A stretch of DNA of 47,845 nucleotides from assembly GCA_041551115.1 (NCBI GenBank), contig JBFENN010000001.1:1-47845 (forward strand). Direction: 5' to 3'. The stretch's first letter is position 1. Each line of letters opens with the position of its first letter. The notes under the pieces are model-generated. The model did not search any database and was not told the origin of the DNA. It worked only from the letters and a program-made list of their open reading frames with translations. Below are positions 45,721-47,845 of the stretch, one piece after another. Both the position numbers and the translations under genes were made by a program. This DNA comes from Anaerolineales bacterium (GTDB taxonomy: Bacteria; Chloroflexota; Anaerolineae; Anaerolineales; UBA4823).

Positions 45721-47769
45721 CTATAATTTTGCACAGGACAGAGTCCGGTACATTTCTTGAATAGCTTCATTTTGTTGGGTTGTTGATTTCGTTGATTTAC
45801 TAATTCGCTCCCAAGTATCACATAGAATACGTTGCATACGCGGGTTTAATCGGTACGCTGTTTTAGAAATTTCGACGGCTCGGTCCCATTGCTCCGCTTG
45901 AGCGTGAGCTTCGATATAAGGAAGATATTCTGGGGCATTCACTTCGTACAAGCGCTGACCTAAATTCATTGCCATATCTGATATTGCCAGGATCATCTCC
46001 CAATCTCCAGCATATCTAGCCAAATCAGCTTTCTCGTAATAATAGCACCAATCCGATTCTGGAGTGCTTCCGAAGAATTCCGGGTTGGGTAATGCACTAT
46101 TTTGGGATTCATGAGCTATTACCAGTGCAGGATTTGAGAGTCCCATGGCGTCACCAATATATTTAGGTTTCTGGGGTAGTTTTTGATCCACGTTTGGATC
46201 TAGAATTTTTACACATCCCGGTGGAGTGTAATAAAAAACAAGAGCTTGGGATGTAGTTCCTTCGAAGTAAGTTGCTCGGTATGATTCGTGTATAGGGATC
46301 CCGGGCTTAAGATCTGGTAGTCCCTTCCCCAAGCGAGATTCTATTGCGTAAAGCATATAGTCCATAGGAACTTGGATATTTTCTGGTGCATAAACCCAAT
46401 TGAGCGGTGCAGTTAATGAATTGTCACTAAAAAAAGAAAATGGCAACTCCGATGACAGGAATAGTGTTCCTGGAACAACAAATGGAGCTCGCCATGATAA
46501 CTGCCAGAACATTGCCGCTTGATAATTCCATTCTCTTCTGAATATGTTGGCATTGCGAAATTGCCAGCCTATCCCCATGCTGATGATCATGGCAATCAAA
46601 ATTGTTTTTTGGAACCTTTTCTTTGCGATTAAGTCAATAACTCCCACAATGATCAAACTGCTTCCAAACATCATCGGCAAAGTGAACCGGTCCCAAGGAA
46701 ATGTCAGCGTGATGGGTAGATTTGTAGCCCAGAACGGCCACCCCGCAAGGAGTAATGATAATAGCCCTATTCCTAACGCTTGCCAGCCCCAACGTTTTGT
46801 GTATGGAGATGTGTTCAACACTTCTTTGCTTGGCGTTCTTAACATCCACAAGTACAAGAATGTTGCTCCACCAACTATTAGGATCAGGAGAGCATATACT
46901 ATCGTCGTCAACACCCCAAAATTGGCCAGTTTGAAAAAATTAAATGTCTGTCCCCATGCATGAATTCCTGTTAGGTAGACGTCAAAGACTATTTCTTTAG
47001 CTAATTGCAGCATAGTCCAAACTGGATTAGCTAGAAGTTTGCTGATAATATCTACCTGCCCGCGTGGTGTTTCGGTATAAAGGGTTCGCCAAATTAAGAA
47101 ACAGATAACCAGGGCTAAATACGGCAGCCAGATCTGTAAAGTCTTTCCCAGACGAGTGCGGTGCTGGAAATTTCTCCTAGCCAAGGATATCCAGATTAAC
47201 ACCGGACGTATAAGCTCTAACCCAAAAAAATACTCAACCGTAAATAAGCTATATGCTGAAAGTAGTAGGGAAGAGATAGTCAAAGGCCAGAAAAAATGGG
47301 GTTTCCGGATTGCCCATACCATAGCTCCCATCGATAGCCAGAATAAGATCAGTACGATGAAAACATGACTGTAGGTAACAGAGATAAATTGTTGGTTGAA
47401 ACCAGGGTAGACTACATATAAAGAGGCAACCCAAGTTGCTTGTAGGATTTTTTTGGGCCATAATGCACGCAGCATCCACCACAAAGCAATACTGCTAAAC
47501 CAGCGAGTCAGTAATCCAAAACTCTGCCAGACTACTGGGCTTTCACCTAACAGGGAGGATGAAAGCTTGAATAGTTGACCTAATAGAGGACGGTCAGAAG
47601 AAAATACATCTTCATAACCGGTTGGTCCCAGGAAGTGCAAAAACCATATCGAAGGCCAATCGTCCCAGTAAAATCCTAACCAGGGAATTAATAAACCATA
47701 GCTGAGAAAAGCAATGATTAATAGGCTAAATGGGACACTCCAGATGGGTATGTTGCGCAGTTTCATCAT
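45721..47769 (-). CDS. Large polytopic membrane protein, GT-C-fold glycosyltransferase-like (ArnT/PMT/YfhO-like) with C-terminal soluble domain
   Basis: More than 10 hydrophobic spans fill the first ~440 aa. An acidic motif sits in the first external loop (GFYWDDWPSIWF), as in GT-C enzymes. A ~230-aa C-terminal soluble region is partly helical-repeat-like. The gene lies directly upstream of the GtrB-like gene. Confidence 0.55.
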   Translation of the reverse strand: MMKLRNIPIWSVPFSLLIIAFLSYGLLIPWLGFYWDDWPSIWFLHFLGPTGYEDVFSSDRPLLGQLFKLSSSLLGESPVVWQSFGLLTRWFSSIALWWMLRALWPKKILQATWVASLYVVYPGFNQQFISVTYSHVFIVLILFWLSMGAMVWAIRKPHFFWPLTISSLLLSAYSLFTVEYFFGLELIRPVLIWISLARRNFQHRTRLGKTLQIWLPYLALVICFLIWRTLYTETPRGQVDIISKLLANPVWTMLQLAKEIVFDVYLTGIHAWGQTFNFFKLANFGVLTTIVYALLILIVGGATFLYLWMLRTPSKEVLNTSPYTKRWGWQALGIGLLSLLLAGWPFWATNLPITLTFPWDRFTLPMMFGSSLIIVGVIDLIAKKRFQKTILIAMIISMGIGWQFRNANIFRREWNYQAAMFWQLSWRAPFVVPGTLFLSSELPFSFFSDNSLTAPLNWVYAPENIQVPMDYMLYAIESRLGKGLPDLKPGIPIHESYRATYFEGTTSQALVFYYTPPGCVKILDPNVDQKLPQKPKYIGDAMGLSNPALVIAHESQNSALPNPEFFGSTPESDWCYYYEKADLARYAGDWEMILAISDMAMNLGQRLYEVNAPEYLPYIEAHAQAEQWDRAVEISKTAYRLNPRMQRILCDTWERISKSTKSTTQQNEAIQEMYRTLSCAKL

Positions 47770-47845
47770 TATGAAGCAATCAGTAATATTGCTGCATTAT
47801 AACTTGTTCGTTCTAAATCAGGATTGGCCTCAGAGCATTAATCCC

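Overview
Gene-dense 47.8-kb chromosomal window with about 45 real CDS. Spot counts of 60-nt samples gave 42% GC in yidC, 63% inside the amidohydrolase gene and 23% in the 27.8-28.5 kb gap. Gene content fits a Chloroflexota/Anaerolineae-like organism: short YidC, tungsten-type AOR, DUF11 surface protein, MutH-independent MutL. That taxon call is low-confidence inference. Most of the window is housekeeping: rpmH-rnpA-yidD-[PQQ lipoprotein]-yidC-jag-[PfkB kinase]-parA-parB, three envelope proteases in a row (HtrA, YugP-like Zn peptidase, CtpA), mutL, tilS, folC, lon, mltG and ruvX. I saw no rRNA, tRNA, CRISPR array, IS element or recognisable defence system. rpmH (12121-12297, minus strand) is real but falls below the ORF-track length cut-off. 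The items most worth a second look are: (1) a DUF11 surface protein with an LPGTG sorting signal fused in frame to a complete sortase domain through a topology-consistent double-TM hinge; (2) a minus-strand envelope-glycosylation cluster (42.7-47.8 kb: WecE-like aminotransferase, WecD-like N-acetyltransferase, ArnC/GtrB-like polyprenyl-phosphate glycosyltransferase, GT-C-like membrane protein) that looks like an Arn/Gtr-type lipid-carrier route for a Fuc4NAc-type sugar, with flanking methyltransferase and alkaline-phosphatase-superfamily genes; (3) an overlapping operon of receiver-TadZ/CpaE-like protein, sirtuin and cytoplasmic GAF histidine kinase; (4) a tyrosine-recombinase-like gene lacking the catalytic Tyr, next to a 743-bp very AT-rich non-coding gap; (5) a MoaD-like protein whose GG motif is internal, next to AOR; (6) a small terminator-backed ORF with a lasso-peptide-like leader/core pattern but no maturation genes nearby. 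All functional calls come from motif recognition by eye, and no searches were run.
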